DNA of 64,000 nt, from assembly GCF_009914755.1 (NCBI RefSeq), contig NC_060938.1; one strand, given 5' to 3'. The position numbers were made by a program, and so were the translations under genes. Under the pieces are notes generated by a model. That model ran no database searches and was not told the origin of the DNA. It was given only the letters and a program-made list of their open reading frames with translations. Origin of the DNA: the human T2T-CHM13v2.0 reference genome, Homo sapiens. Below, piece after piece: positions 14,425-31,099 of the stretch. Positions within the stretch are counted from its first letter, which is position 1; each line of letters starts with the position of its first letter.

Positions 14425-15833
14425 GTCTATTTTTCCTGGAAAATAATTAGAAAATGGTATATATTAACACAACCCTGGCTTTTTGTAACAAGTTACAAGT
14501 ACAAACCTAAGCAACTTATGAAAAGCAGAAAACTAAACCGTCCTCCATCAAACAGACTCAGGTACACAATTTATTCTCTCTCAAATTGTTTGTGGAATCT
14601 TTAGAGGGCAGATACTACCAATCAACAAAAGCTAATTATGATATAAGAACAGGTCTAGGAAGCAGATTCACCTGACTGACTGAATTTTGACTGATAAATT
14701 CAATCAAAATAATCATTTAGGACCTCCAAATTCAACAAACCAGAATTAATTTTTATTCTTCCTACCTTATATCAATGTAATGGGCTCAGATGCTTTTGCT
14801 TGAAGGCAAAAAGTTACATAGATGACCATTCCAACAAATATATTTAGTGACTATTTCTGAATATTTCTATTAATAAATGGAAAGGTAAGTTTAAATTCAA
14901 GTTGGCAATGTTCATGAGATAGGTTTATAACGATTTACTATAAATAACTATAAATTCCATTCTTGCTTTAAAAAATATATAAAAATTGCTGAAGGAAGTG
15001 GAAATTTGAACCACTTGAAATGACATTTGCCATTTTCCAATTGTTCAGAACCTAGATGCATTTTGAGCACTTTTTTTCCCCAAAGAATTAGTGTACATGT
15101 TTGTTTATAGTAACTAAACACTGCTGCAGTTGAAAAACACAAGATATGACAGTATAATTTTTATAAAAGCTCTAAATTAAGCAGACACAAATACTGAAAA
15201 ACATGAGGGGGACATGACTGCTTGCTTTAAGAGCACATTAAAACTAGACCCCAAATGCATTAACTTGAAAATAAATTATTGCATGTGACTGTGTTATCAA
15301 ATAGCCCTTATCAGCAAAAAATTTGCAAATGAAAAAAAGCATTCACACAGCATGTGATAAATGAATATGCTGGAATGTAGCTTGTAAGAGATTAATATGA
15401 CACTTTAAATAAATTAATGTGTTAATTTCAAGTTACTCAATAACTATTATCATCCCAAGAGAGAAGGAAGTGCACAAGAAACTGTTTAATTCTCTCCCTT
15501 TTGCTTTTTCCCTTCCTTTTCAAACAGTACTCTAAATTTTCCAGCCATGGAAGAGTAATGAGGATAAATTAAACTTAATTCTAGGGCTTTTCTTTGAGCT
15601 ACTGAAGGAGACATCTTTATTTTTCTGCTGAATATGAATGAAGAAGGACGCAGTCCTGAGTAGGGAAGGGAAGATTCAGGAAGCAGAATCAAAAAACAGT
15701 GAAGAAAGTCAGTTACACACTGTATTAAGTTCACCTCAAGCTAAAGATACATCTGTAATGTTCATTTGCACCAGACAATATCTACTCTTTTTTTTTAATT
15801 AAAATTTCTTGTTATAAACAACCAATGCTATTG

Positions 15834-16337
15834 TGTGTAGCTGACTGACACAACTACTACTTGAGACTACCATTACAGCAGTTATTACTGTTACTACTTG
15901 AGATCGTCATTACCAGACTGAATGAAGGGATGAACATAGAAAATGATAACAGAAAACAAAAGTAACTATTTTAAGGAAAGGGGAACTGGGGAAGAATAAA
16001 AGAGCTCCCTGCTTCTAGTGAGCAAAGGCAACCCCACTGAGTTACCAGAGCCCTTTATATTTATTGAGTAAAAAGAGTAGGGAGGAGGGGGTAACGATTG
16101 GTCAGCTGCTTGATTGATCACAGGTTCACATTATTGCTAACAGGCTTCAATTATGCCTAAACATAAGAAACACTTGTGCTTGGGTCATGACTGCCCTCAG
16201 CAGTCCTTCTGGGCTGCGGACACAGTTTGTCAGTTTGCCAACATTCTGTATTTACGAGAAACAGTTTGCTGCTTACTCATATAGCTTCCAGTGGTATACT
16301 GAGTTGATCATGACCCTCATTCTTTTGTCATCCTACA
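15834..16337 (-). mobile_element. LTR10-family (HERV-I group) solo LTR
   Basis: Minus strand begins tgtaggatgacaaaagaatgagggtcatgatcaactcagtataccactgg; CCAAT (~16097) and TATA-like (~16055) elements on minus; TSD ATTG on both sides. Confidence 0.8.
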
Positions 16338-16419
16338 ATTGTGACCAATAATTGTAATATTTTAATCAAGCTCACAAAAATAATGAATTATGGAGCTTAG
16401 TTGTTTAAAGTTGGCATTT

Positions 16420-16848
16420 TGAGATAGGAGCTTGGTAGAACTGGTTTCATAAGATACAGGTCACAAAGACCTTGCTGATGAAACAGGATGTGGTAAGGAA
16501 ACTCTCATCAGTGCCATGACATTTACAAATGCAATGGCAAAGTCCAGAATTTACCCCTACATAGTCTGAAAGGGAGAGAAACCCTCAGTTTTGGGAATTC
16601 CCCACCCATTTCCCAGAAAACTCATGAATAACCCACCCCTTGTTTAGGGTGGCTACTATACATAGTATACTATGCACAGGTAGTACTATGGAGGTTACTG
16701 TGGAGTAGCCACCATTTTATTCCTTTTCTTTTTAATAAACTTGCTTTTGCTTTACTCTATGAGCTCGCTCTTGAATTCCTTCTTGTGAAGCCAAGAATTC
16801 ACACAGCCTCCCAGGCTGACCCTTAATATGAGAGTTTACCCTGCGATA
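16420..16848 (+). mobile_element. MER41-family LTR with internal deletions
   Basis: tgagataggag...caggtcacaaagaccttgctgat...gccatgacatttacaaatgc...ctcatgaataa...aataaacttgcttt. Confidence 0.75.
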
Positions 16849-16924
16849 ATGTGATTAACTTTCCTCTTTATGTGTTCATTTAATTCCTATTCTCCTTATG
16901 CATTCTGCATAACAGTAGCATTGT

Positions 16925-17180
16925 GCAGTTTCAGACAGGGTGGCCAGGCCAGACTTCACCATAAAGGTGATTTTTGGAAAAACAAATAAAGCAAGCGTTT
17001 CCCATGAGAATATCTGGGAAAGACTATTTCAGACAGAGGGAGCAGCAAATGCAATGGCTTTCAGGTGGTATGGTGCCTTGACCACTCACAGAGTAAGGAG
17101 AAGCCCAGTGTTGCCAGAGCGGAGCAAGAAAAAAGAAGAAGAGTGAGGCATGAGGTTAGAGAGGTAACAGCAGGCCTAAG
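16925..17180 (-). mobile_element. L2 fragment
   Basis: atctgggaaagactatttcagacagagggagcagcaaatgcaa...tgaggttagagagg, typical antisense L2. Confidence 0.7.
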
Positions 17181-18299
17181 AGCACAGCAAAACTCAACAT
17201 TCCGATCAAGTCCACTCTATAAGCAAAATTATTAAGCAATGGAGACACAGAGGTGAAAGTAAGATTGCTGGATTATCGTTATATAAATGGAAATCAGACT
17301 CTAGGAAAGAAAGCAAAGGGGCTGGGCACAATAAACAAGAACGGAGATCAAGAATGCAGTTCAACTCAGAAATGTTATTGAGAATCAACTGCAATGTGCA
17401 AGTCGGGACCAAAGAACGTCTGAGTTAGGTGGCCAAGTCATATTCAAGGTTGTCAGCTCATTCCAGGGTGGTTTCAGTTCTTCAAAGTAAGGGAAGGCCT
17501 TTAGGTATGTTAAGAAATGCCATAGGTCCTGTCAGAAATAGTGAATTCCCCAAACATGCACTAGAGAGAGGAGAATGATTGAGGACCTCAAAAGTTTGAA
17601 AGCCAAGTATATTTTAACTGCAACTGACATGAAGCATTAACCCTTGTGCTATTTCTACTGACTTCTTTGCAAGATATTGATGGTAGAGTTGAGAAGAAAA
17701 ACACATAAATTAGGTCTCACATTTTTCAGATCACTGTCAGTGTAGAGGTGACAGGAAATGAATGTGTTTCCTGAGATCACTCAATATCTTGATAGAATCA
17801 AAAGCAGAAGGCATTGATTCGACAGGGAGGAAAATGAAAGAAGCGGCATCTGTAGAACTTCGATATATCTGAATGTTGGCCATCACTCCTACATTTATCT
17901 CTTTTCCGACACAGATGAGCCACTGTTACTGGAGACATTGACAATAGAAAAACTCCATAAAGGAATCATCTATAAAATTTCCAAAACAAAAAATAACAGT
18001 AGCATTACATGGTAAAAAATATAATAATGCAGTGCCTTATGAATTAAAATCTATTCATTATCAGATAAAGTCAACCAAATAAACCAATTGTAGGAAGCAG
18101 CACTATGTGTGACTAATACCTATGATCAAGATATAAAGTGGAAAATATGGGTATTTTATACATAACCTGCCACTAGCAGCCTTGGAAAAGATGAGAAAGA
18201 CTAATTCATATAGAAACACACGCATATATAAAGAGTGAAGCAATTTGAATTGTGTCAATTAGTAAGCAACATAAGATTTTTAAAGTTACTAGCAGGCAT

Positions 18300-18715
18300 G
18301 AAATTATCCAGTCTTAATTTTGAGTTCTCTTTCCTAAGCATATGGTAATACTGGCCTTTCGATATTTTCAGAGGTAGGCACAGCTGTAATTTAATTTGGC
18401 CAATGAAATTAAGCAGAAGTGGTATGCCATGTTTATTTAAGAACTTTTAATATGGTCTTTAAGAAATGGTTTGATTTGCCATGTTTCTCTCTCTCTCTCT
18501 TTCTTTTTTTTTTCTTTCATATTAACCATCAGCATTTTGGATGTGGTTTCTCCATTAGCCTGTGTCCCAGAATAATGATAATAGGAAGAGGAGCAGCAGC
18601 CAATCAGAAACTGATAAGTGGGAGAAAAGAAAACACATCATGGTCATTTTAGGCCACCGGAATTTTAGGGTTGTCAGTAACTACAGTATAATCTTGTCTT
18701 TACTGAACATAAACT
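18300..18715 (+). mobile_element. Old MLT1 (I/J/K-like) LTR
   Basis: tttggccaatgaaattaagcagaagtg and terminal ttttaggccaccggaattttagggttg motifs. Confidence 0.55.
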
Positions 18716-18879
18716 CATCATAAGTTGATTATTTTTTGTATTACAACAGTTTCTAAAAATACAGGAGAAAGAAGATCCATCCAGAAATAAATATAAACAA
18801 ATATGTCTCCTAAGCTGATCTTTCTTTGATTTAATAAATATACCTTTCCAACTTGGCTAGTATATATCAAAGCATGCAA

Positions 18880-18927
<48 letters not shown>
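18880..18927. repeat. (CA)n microsatellite, interrupted
   Basis: Direct inspection. Confidence 0.98.
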
Positions 18928-18929
<2 letters not shown>

Positions 18930-19078
18930 GAAGAGCAATGAAAACAGAAGGACTAAAAGAATCATTCTCTTGGTAATGGTTCTCCCAAGCAAAGTGAAAT
19001 GGCATGAGTAATGTCTGTTATCAAAGAAAGAGATTAGATTGTCAGAAATACTAGAATTCTTGTCCAATACAGTCCAAA

Positions 19079-19290
19079 GTTACATATAGTTATATATATA
19101 AATATATATGTTATATATATATGTAACACATAATATATATATAACATATGTATACCTTTGTTCAGGAGATCTTTTATCTTTCTTTTTAGTTTTGTGTGTG
19201 TGTTTATATATATATATACATATATATGTGTGTGTGTATATATATATATATATGAAAGAAAGAAAAAAAAGAAAAAAGATCTCCTGAAAA
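19079..19290. repeat. (TA)/(TG) compound microsatellites bounded by inverted repeats
   Basis: gttacatata/tatatgtaac (19079/19118) and ttcaggagatctttt/aaaagatctcctgaa (19161/19274). Confidence 0.9.
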
Positions 19291-20376
19291 AATGTTCCCG
19301 TCTACTTTTGTTTTATGTACTAGTTCTCTCAAATATCAAGGTTATTGCTTTCTTTCTCCGATATTTATGGAAAATTCATAGAGTTCTAGCCATAAAGCTG
19401 TAAAAATTTGAAAACATAATATAAAACTTCCCAGGACTCTATCACTGAGACACAGACACACAGAACTAAACTTGTTACAGTTGCAAGCGCTGTTGTGTTG
19501 AGAGTTAGGGTATATGTGCATTGGTCTAATGGAAGATAAATAAAATGGATGCATCATATAATTTTCCTCACACTAAGAATAAAATAAGGTACTGACATTC
19601 CCAGAGCAGACAAAACAAAACTTCAGTCCTAAAGTTTATAGCACTAGTCTTGGTAGTTGTCCTTTGGAACGAACGAAAATATATTTTAACTGATAACATG
19701 GAGGAAAATAGCTTTTCCTCATAAAACATGTTAAAAGTTTCACTGAAGGACAAGATGTCACAGCAAGACTGTGATTGGCAAAAGAAACTTCTATGTCCCT
19801 CCTGCCCCAAGGACTAAGAAGTTTACTTCGTTAGATCACTTACTGTATATTACTTAACATTTCAATGGTTCTAAATGTGTTTACTTTTTCAAATCCAATT
19901 TGAAAAACTTTAATTAAATTGCCTTGAAGAAGCTCACCCAAGAACGACTATAAATAGACATGGGAAATATACTTTACCACTTTTTAAACTTTCGCAACAG
20001 AAGAATACAATGCACTTGATGAGTTAATGTCAAATAAAACTTGGAACTTTGCGACTTGCAACTTCTTAAGATCCATCATTTCCTTCCTATCGAATGAGTC
20101 ATAATTTTTAGAACCACCTTTGTTATCAGGAAGAATAGAAGTAATGTGTAGGCATTGTGTTTATATAATTTCAAAGATTGCTGGGTTCTGTGGTAGGAGG
20201 TAGAATTTTCTTTTCTTTAAATAAAACTTATTAGCATTGGTAAATGTTCACAAAAATATTTCTCCTAGCTTTCTTTTATTTGTGCTATATACACTGAGGA
20301 TTCCTAAATTCAGTTATTTCCTACTTAGGAATATAGTTTGAGTCTTAAAAAATATCTTCAGCTATGTGTCTGTGTG

Positions 20377-21130
<754 letters not shown>

Positions 21131-21190
21131 GGTTCTCCCTTTTTTTAAATGTTTGCTTATTTATTTTAGATTGAGTTATATTTTACACAG

Positions 21191-21625
21191 TATGGTGTGC
21201 AGAAAAAAAAAATTCTTGCCCCCCTCAAAAAATTTCCAAATTCTAATCTATGAAACCTGTGAATATATTATTTAAACAAGACAAAAGGGAATTTGTAAAT
21301 GTGATTAGATTAGGGATATTGAGATGAGGAGATTATCCTGAATTATGTAGGTAGGTATAACATGTCCACAAAGGCTCTTATAAGAGGCAGGAAAGGCTGA
21401 AACAGAAATGAAACGATCACAACAAAACCCCAGATCAACTTGATGCAGCCATGAGCCAAGGAACACAGACAGCCTCTAGAAGCTGACAAAGTCTAAGGGA
21501 AAATTCTCAGAGCCTCCAGAAGAAATAAAACCTTTGATTTTAGCCTCAGATGAAGCTTTTTAAAATTCAGAACTCTATAATTTAAGATAATGAATTTATT
21601 AAATTATTTTTTATACCACTGTTTA
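21191..21625 (+). mobile_element. MLT1C/D LTR
   Basis: gaaacctgtgaatat...gagatgaggagattatcctgaattat...cagccatgagccaaggaa...cagagcctccagaag. Confidence 0.75.
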
Positions 21626-21627
21626 GT

Positions 21628-21915
21628 CTAGGCAATTATTTTTGGGATTAGACTTTCAAAACAGAGGCAACAAAAGAAAAATAGACAAATGAGATTGTAA
21701 AACCAACAAGCTTCTGCACAGCCAAGGAAAAAATAGAGTGAAGAGAAAACCTATGAAATTGGAGCATGTATTTTCAAAACATATATCAGGTAAGGGTTTA
21801 ATATCCAAAATATACAAGAAATTCAAACAACTCAATGGTAAGAAAAAAATTCAGTTTTTAAAAGGAACTGAATAGAAATTTCTTTAATGAAAACATACAA
21901 ATGACCAAAGATATA
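21628..21915 (+). mobile_element. Old L1M ORF2 3' fragment
   Basis: agcttctgcacagccaaggaa...taagggtttaatatccaaaatatacaagaaattcaaacaactcaat. Confidence 0.8.
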
Positions 21916-21916
21916 T

Positions 21917-22223
21917 GGTACACCTGTATAGGGTACTTACCATGAATGAAGCTTGTAGAATTAGAAGCTCTGCGTAAGTCTTTAAGTGTGTGGTGAGTGA
22001 ACGTGAAGGCCTAGAACATTACTGTACACCACTGTAGACTTTATAAACACTGTATACTTAAGCTGTGCTGAACATAGAAAAATAAAGTAATTGCACTATT
22101 ACATTAAGTCAGTAGGGACATCACCAGGTCATAGGAATTTTTCAGCTCCATTATAATCTTATGGCATCACCATTGTATATGTGATGCATTATAGACCACG
22201 AAACATTATGCAGTGCATGACTG
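21917..22223 (+). mobile_element. Tigger3-family DNA transposon fragment with one terminal inverted repeat
   Basis: ggtacacctgtataggg...ttttcagctccattataatcttatgg...ttatgcagtgcatgactg followed by TA. Confidence 0.85.
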
Positions 22224-22324
22224 TATTGATATCTGACAAAATAGGTTTTAAGACAAGCAAGTTTTACTAGAGATAAAGAGGATCACTTTTTATGTCTCCA
22301 TAATTTTCCCAAAGGACTACAGAC

Positions 22325-25403
<3,079 letters not shown>

Positions 25404-25619
25404 TTAGATCTTTGACTATAGGCCTCCCATTAAACATCTGTGTAAGTATTGCTGTTTTGACAGCTTACTCTTTCAGAATGATTGGGAAATATATGTTTAT
25501 TTTATTAATAACTTATGTTGACATGCTTCATCATAAAAAGTTGTATTTTTTTTTCACTGAAAACTCTGGCGTTTCCCATTTATGTATATATTTATGTTAA
25601 GACATTGCCATCAAACAGA

Positions 25620-25810
25620 GCTAAGTTGAGTTCCTACTTCAACATCTACTAATTGAGTGATCACAATCATGATATTTAATCATCTAAGCTTCAGTTTCCT
25701 TATCTTTAAAATGGGAATAACATCAACAAGATTTTTGAGTATTAAATAAGACAATATGTGTAGACAATATAGTACAGTGCCTCACACACAGAAAAAAATG
25801 TTAGCTATTT
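25620..25810 (+). mobile_element. MIR
   Basis: ctaagcttcagtttccttatctttaaaatgggaataa core; tagtacagtgcc tail. Confidence 0.8.
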
Positions 25811-26064
25811 TCATTATTTTATATATTTTTTCTTCTTTGACATTCCATGTGTCTTAAAATAATATGTCTAGATAAATTAAAAATAATTTACCCAGAAAAA
25901 TAAAAATGGAAGCATCCAAATAATAAGATTGCTCTAAAGTGATGCTTCCTTTTTAATGAAAAATCAAATACTAAAAATGCCATTACAAAAATTAAAGAAT
26001 AAAAACCCACAATTTTCAATCCAGCCTTTTCTGACCAAAATAGTTGATGACTATTTTCCTTTAT

Positions 26065-26463
26065 TAATTCATTTAACAAATGTTTGTTAGGAAATGTATC
26101 TACTCAGCCCTTAGGGTACAAAGGTGATCGAGGCAATTTTACAAAATTCCTACTTGCAAACAGCTTACATTCCTATGGGGAGCTAGGCAATACAGCAAAT
26201 GAACAGATATACAAACAAAATAGTGAAAGAGAAATGTTCACATGGTAGCATATAGACTTGCTGAGGGATGACCTCTTCCAAAATAAAAATATGTGACGGT
26301 ATCTACCCGTGGCAATAGAATTACCATCCATTTATACCTTGCCTCTCTCTAAAAGCAGGGACGGATGAGATCAGTTTTACAGGTTGTTTTATCCCCATTC
26401 TCTGTCACGATGCCTGTCCCTTGGTACATAACCACATTTATTAAATGTCTGAATAAATGAATA
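26065..26463. mobile_element. Two L2 3'-end fragments in opposite orientation (26065-26230 minus; 26340-26463 plus)
   Basis: attcatttaacaaatgtttg start and gaataaatgaat end motifs. Confidence 0.5.
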
Positions 26464-29129
26464 CCATTTATTTGTTATTTTGCTATGTTGTATCATTTCT
26501 TTTAATTATGTTGTTAATTCACACCCTTTGAAATGCACCCTGAAATTCATGTAATTGTCATGTAGCAAAGAGTTTATGGGAAGTAAGTTACAAAATTAGG
26601 GAAGCCCATCAAAATAAAATGAGAACAGAGCAGACCCTTTGTAATGCATCTAAATATCAGTGGTGGAACCTCAAATTTACTGTATATGTGAAGATTTATT
26701 TTAAAGAAATGTGACTAATTTGGAATTCAGCTTCTGACACATAAAGAATGCTGTTGGGAATCCAAGTTCACATACATCCCATTGATTCTTCCTTTCTTTA
26801 TATTAGTATATCAGAAATAGCTTAGTTGCTATCTAGAAATTCTCATTGTACTCTGCTGCCATTGTATGTGTGGTTATAGGTTTACCAACATTCTCTTTAA
26901 ATATGGGAATAATTACATGTTTGGAAGTATGCTAATATCTCAGTAATAAAATTTTCTGAATCTTTATTATAGGGCAACAAAATTAAATTTCTCCTTTGCT
27001 GATATAAAATTTTGTAAGTTCAATAGTTGTAAATTCGAGTGAATCTGATTCAGTAGGAAGTATAATGTCAAGATTAACATATGGTGCCTATATTTCAGTA
27101 ACTTGAAAATTGCTTAGATGCTTCTTAAGTAATGAAAGCAGAAATATGCTTTTCACAGAGCACTTTTTTATTTTATATACAATATTCTAGCTGTAGCAGA
27201 TACATTGTTACCACCATCTTCTGCATTATTTTCCAACAGTCTGTCTAAATCATCAAAACAGTGTCTTTGAAACAACCACGCCATGTCCAGAAAGACTTAT
27301 GAAACTTTTTATGTCTCATTTAAGTACTTTTGAACAATAAGAATATGAGTAGAAACCACTCGAATTTTTGAGATGTAGTTTGAGTCTCTGAACTCATGAA
27401 TTTCAAGTGAAATTAAATTGGCCCAGATAAAACCACAGCTAGTTAAAGCAACCCTCATTCACCCTTATAAGCCAAATAATGCTTTTACATGTTCCTAAAG
27501 AATTCCTGTGCCATGGAAAAAAAAAACTCATTTTTGTTCACAATAAACAGCCCTGATGGATTTCTGTAGTTGATCCTGAGTACCTACGTGCTTCATTGTC
27601 TTTCAATCCTAAGAACAGGCATCTTACAAAGACACAGAGGCAGAGGCCTAAAAAGCAACATCCAGTGCTCCATTAATGTCTGATAATCAGGGCCATTTCT
27701 AATTTGGCAGCCTGTGTGTTGTACAACAGTTTAAAATGATGCATAATATTTATTTCACTGTCACCCATATTGATCTCTCAATAAAGCAGTCAAATTTAAT
27801 GTTTTCTGTAATGATAATTAAGTTCATTTAAGAAAGGGAGGCAATGACATCTGCCCAACAAACGGTATTGCAGTTAAGTTACAGGATTCTAATCAACACC
27901 AAAATCTGTTTATTATAAATCAAATGAAAGTTTATTAACTCACCATGTCTCTGCTATTTGACATGTTCATGGAAATATTTTAAGATTAGAGAGTCATAAT
28001 TTCAATGTAGAGAGGTTTGGGGCAAAAGCAGATATCGGAGAAGGAAATTTCAAAATCAAAAGTGATTTTTGATGCCCCAGATTCACTTGATGGATTCATT
28101 ATTCTGTATGTTAATTCACTCTGCTACCTTGTTCCCCTACCTTACAGTCGGCTGAGAGAATCTGTCTACTAGAAAAAACATCATTCCTAGGAAAATTTGC
28201 CTATTGAGAATAGAGTAAAAGAGAGAATTTCTAAGTCCTTAAGGTGTTTTAGTTTCACAGTGCTATGATTTTGGAGTATAAAATTTTATTTTTAGGACTT
28301 TTTTTTTCTCTATTTTTCCCCTGAAGCCCACAAGGTGGAGGGGGCTGGTTTAGTAAGAGCAAATCAATGAATCTGTGTCTAAGCATGGCATTTGCATGTG
28401 GATACAAATAATGAATATTGGATACATTACCTTAAAAATCACAACGGAAAAATTATTTCCCAGTTTTTCCTCAATGATCTGGAGATTTCGTACATAATAA
28501 GATTGAAATAATCTAAGAACTCTCATTAATCCCTTTTGCTATAGCACAAGAAATCTGTCTCTATACAGCACCATGCATAGAGACTAGCTGGGAACCAGCA
28601 GCTCAATGAATGGCAAGGATAATCATGATGGCAAGGGTAATGGTTAAGATTGAAGATGATGACAGAAATAATGCAGTGTTGGCTTATTGAAAATCTAAAT
28701 AGGGCTATTTAAGTTAAATTCTCAGTGAATAAATTTATAAACATGGACAGTGATTCCTCAAGAAGGTAAACATCTGTCATGAATGTATGTCTTTTAAGCT
28801 AGATTCCTGAGCAGTAAATACATGCACACTTTGCTACTGTTTGTAATCAGTGAACCACAGCGTGCATCAAAGTCAAGAAAAAAGTGAGGACTAAATTGTA
28901 GAAACTTTGAAAGTATTTGGTCCAGAAACAATAGTAACTTAACAGTAGAGAATTTGGACTTGTGAGTTTTGTAGTAGAAATGGAGCAAAGCTTGCCAGTT
29001 ACAGGATATTTCCCAATAGAGTACAGTATGAGAGCTACAGATACAATCACTTAATATCTTAATGATACATCATAATTGCAAAGCCATTTCAAACACATTA
29101 TTTCATTGATGACATACAACTGTTAGGTA

Positions 29130-29423
29130 ATTTTTATTTTATTTTATTTTATTTTATTTTATTTTTTGAGACAGAGTCTCTCTCTTGCCCAGGAGCTCAC
29201 TGAAACATCTGCCTCCCGGGTTAAAGCAATTCTTGTGCCTCAGCCTCCCGAGTAGCTGAGACTACAGATGCGCACCATTATGCCTGGTAAATTTTTTGCA
29301 TTTTAATAGAGATGGGGTTTCACCACGTTGCCCAGGCTGGTCTTGAACTCCTGAGCTCAGGCAATCTGCCCACTTCGGCCTCCCAAAGTGCTAGGATTAC
29401 AGGCCTGAGCCACCCCACCCGGC
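29130..29423 (-). mobile_element. Alu (S/J) with ~25-bp internal deletion, inserted in a MIR
   Basis: (ATTTT)n tail; gcccagg|agctcactg deletion; MIR core cccattttacagatgagaa resumes at 29424. Confidence 0.9.
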
Positions 29424-29822
29424 TATTATTCCCATTTTACAGATGAGAAGATTGAAGTTTTTCTTATGTTTGCCTCTAAATATTAGTGGGTAATTTGAAG
29501 TTATTTGGTTTATTTCTTTTCTCTCCTATATGTTATCAAATTTAGGTAATTTTTCTACTCTATGTCTGCAAATGCATTCATGTGCAGAAGCACCAGTAGA
29601 CTTAAATTTACAAGAATGTATCTACATTAATCTTAACTACTGACTAGCTATTTTCTTTTGGATTCTCTGGACTTCAATCACTTTGTAAAAAAATTCAGGA
29701 ATAAATTGCCTTCATTCTAAAGATTTTAAGTATATTAGGTAACAAAAGATCTGTGAATAAGAATTACATATTTTAGAGTGATTTATAATTTTAGAAGATG
29801 TTTGTGAAATTTCTGTAAAAAG

Positions 29823-29984
29823 GGCCGGGTGTGGTAGCTCATGCCTATAATCCCAGCACTTTGGGAGGCCAAAGTGGGCAGATCACTTGAGGTCACGAAC
29901 TCGAGACTAGCCTGTTTAACATGGTAAAACTTTGTTACAATTCAAGGTGAGATTCGGATGGGGTCACAAAGCCAAAACATATCA
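29823..29984. mobile_element. Alu 5' fragment (+, 29823-29930) abutting a 50-bp THE1/MST LTR terminus (-, 29934-29984)
   Basis: Alu left arm stops at aacatggtaaaac; then ttacaattcaaggtgagattcggatggggtcacaaagccaaaacatatca. Confidence 0.85.
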
Positions 29985-30399
29985 GGACACTTTTCCTTTT
30001 GCTTATTAAAAAAAGATAAACAAAATCACAAATAACATATACGTATACACCAATGATGTCCTACCGAAACTGCCACAATGGGCTCTATCACCTAGTCTAC
30101 CCTCCCTATAGTCCCATCAGTCCTGCTGATATTCACCGAAGGCTATAATTATTATTTCAGTTTTCTATCCCAGCCTTTCTCTGATCTGCATTCCCAATAA
30201 AGTCAGAAACTAATTGATATCCTGCTCTCCCAAATTCTTCAATACTTTTTCCTCATCCCTTGTTCTCCAAAACTTCATAAATCTCTAAAATAATACCTTC
30301 AAAAAGCTACTAGTCTCCCCCAACTTCTCCCTTCCTTTCAATTCACTGACTGTAATAGCCTGTCCGCTACAAATTCCTCCACGTTATGTAGACCAACAA

Positions 30400-30600
30400 T
30401 GAATAAACTTTTTACTTTAAAAGGCTATGTAGAAATGCCTTAGTTATTGTAAGCCATTTGATTTCTGTCACAATTATGCAACTCTGCCATTGTAGTATGA
30501 ACATGAACACATACATGTGTACATATTTGTAATAGGTGAATGTGGTACATATTTGTAATGGGTGAATGTGCCTGTGAGACTTGAAATTCATTTTCATAAC
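30400..30600. mobile_element. MER58-like hAT-Charlie fragment with a 26-bp tandem duplication (30519-30570)
   Basis: tctgtcacaattatgcaactctgccattgtag motif. Confidence 0.6.
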
Positions 30601-30647
30601 ATTCAACCTGGCACCTAGTCACCCTTAATGTATGATTTACGTATCTA

Positions 30648-30858
30648 CATAGACGGTACCCAAATTACAATGATTAGACTTAAAATGTTTTGACTTTATA
30701 ATGGACTTATCCAGATGTCAAATGTATTCTGACTTACAATACTTTTGACCAAATGATGGACTTACTGGGGTATGAAATTCATTTTCAACTTGCAATACTT
30801 TTGATTTACGATGAATTTATCAGGATGAAATCCTATTGTAAGCCAGGAAGCATCTGTA
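30648..30858 (-). mobile_element. MER47/Tigger5-like DNA transposon
   Basis: Ends ...ttgtaagccaggaagcatctg plus TA; internal gacttacaat/gatttacgat repeats. Confidence 0.65.
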
Positions 30859-31099
30859 TACATATTTGTGTGTGTGTGTGTGACTGTGCCACACACATAT
30901 ATACACACAGATATATGTAAATTACTATATGCATTATGTTTACATATACAGACATATATATGCATATATTTATTCACACTCATGCATAAAAATTGTTATA
31001 TAAATTTATATATGATAATCCTTATATGCATACGTATGTGTGTATGTTTCTCCTACAACCTCCCTATGCTCTACATCATTTGGCAGTAGCACTTCTTCA

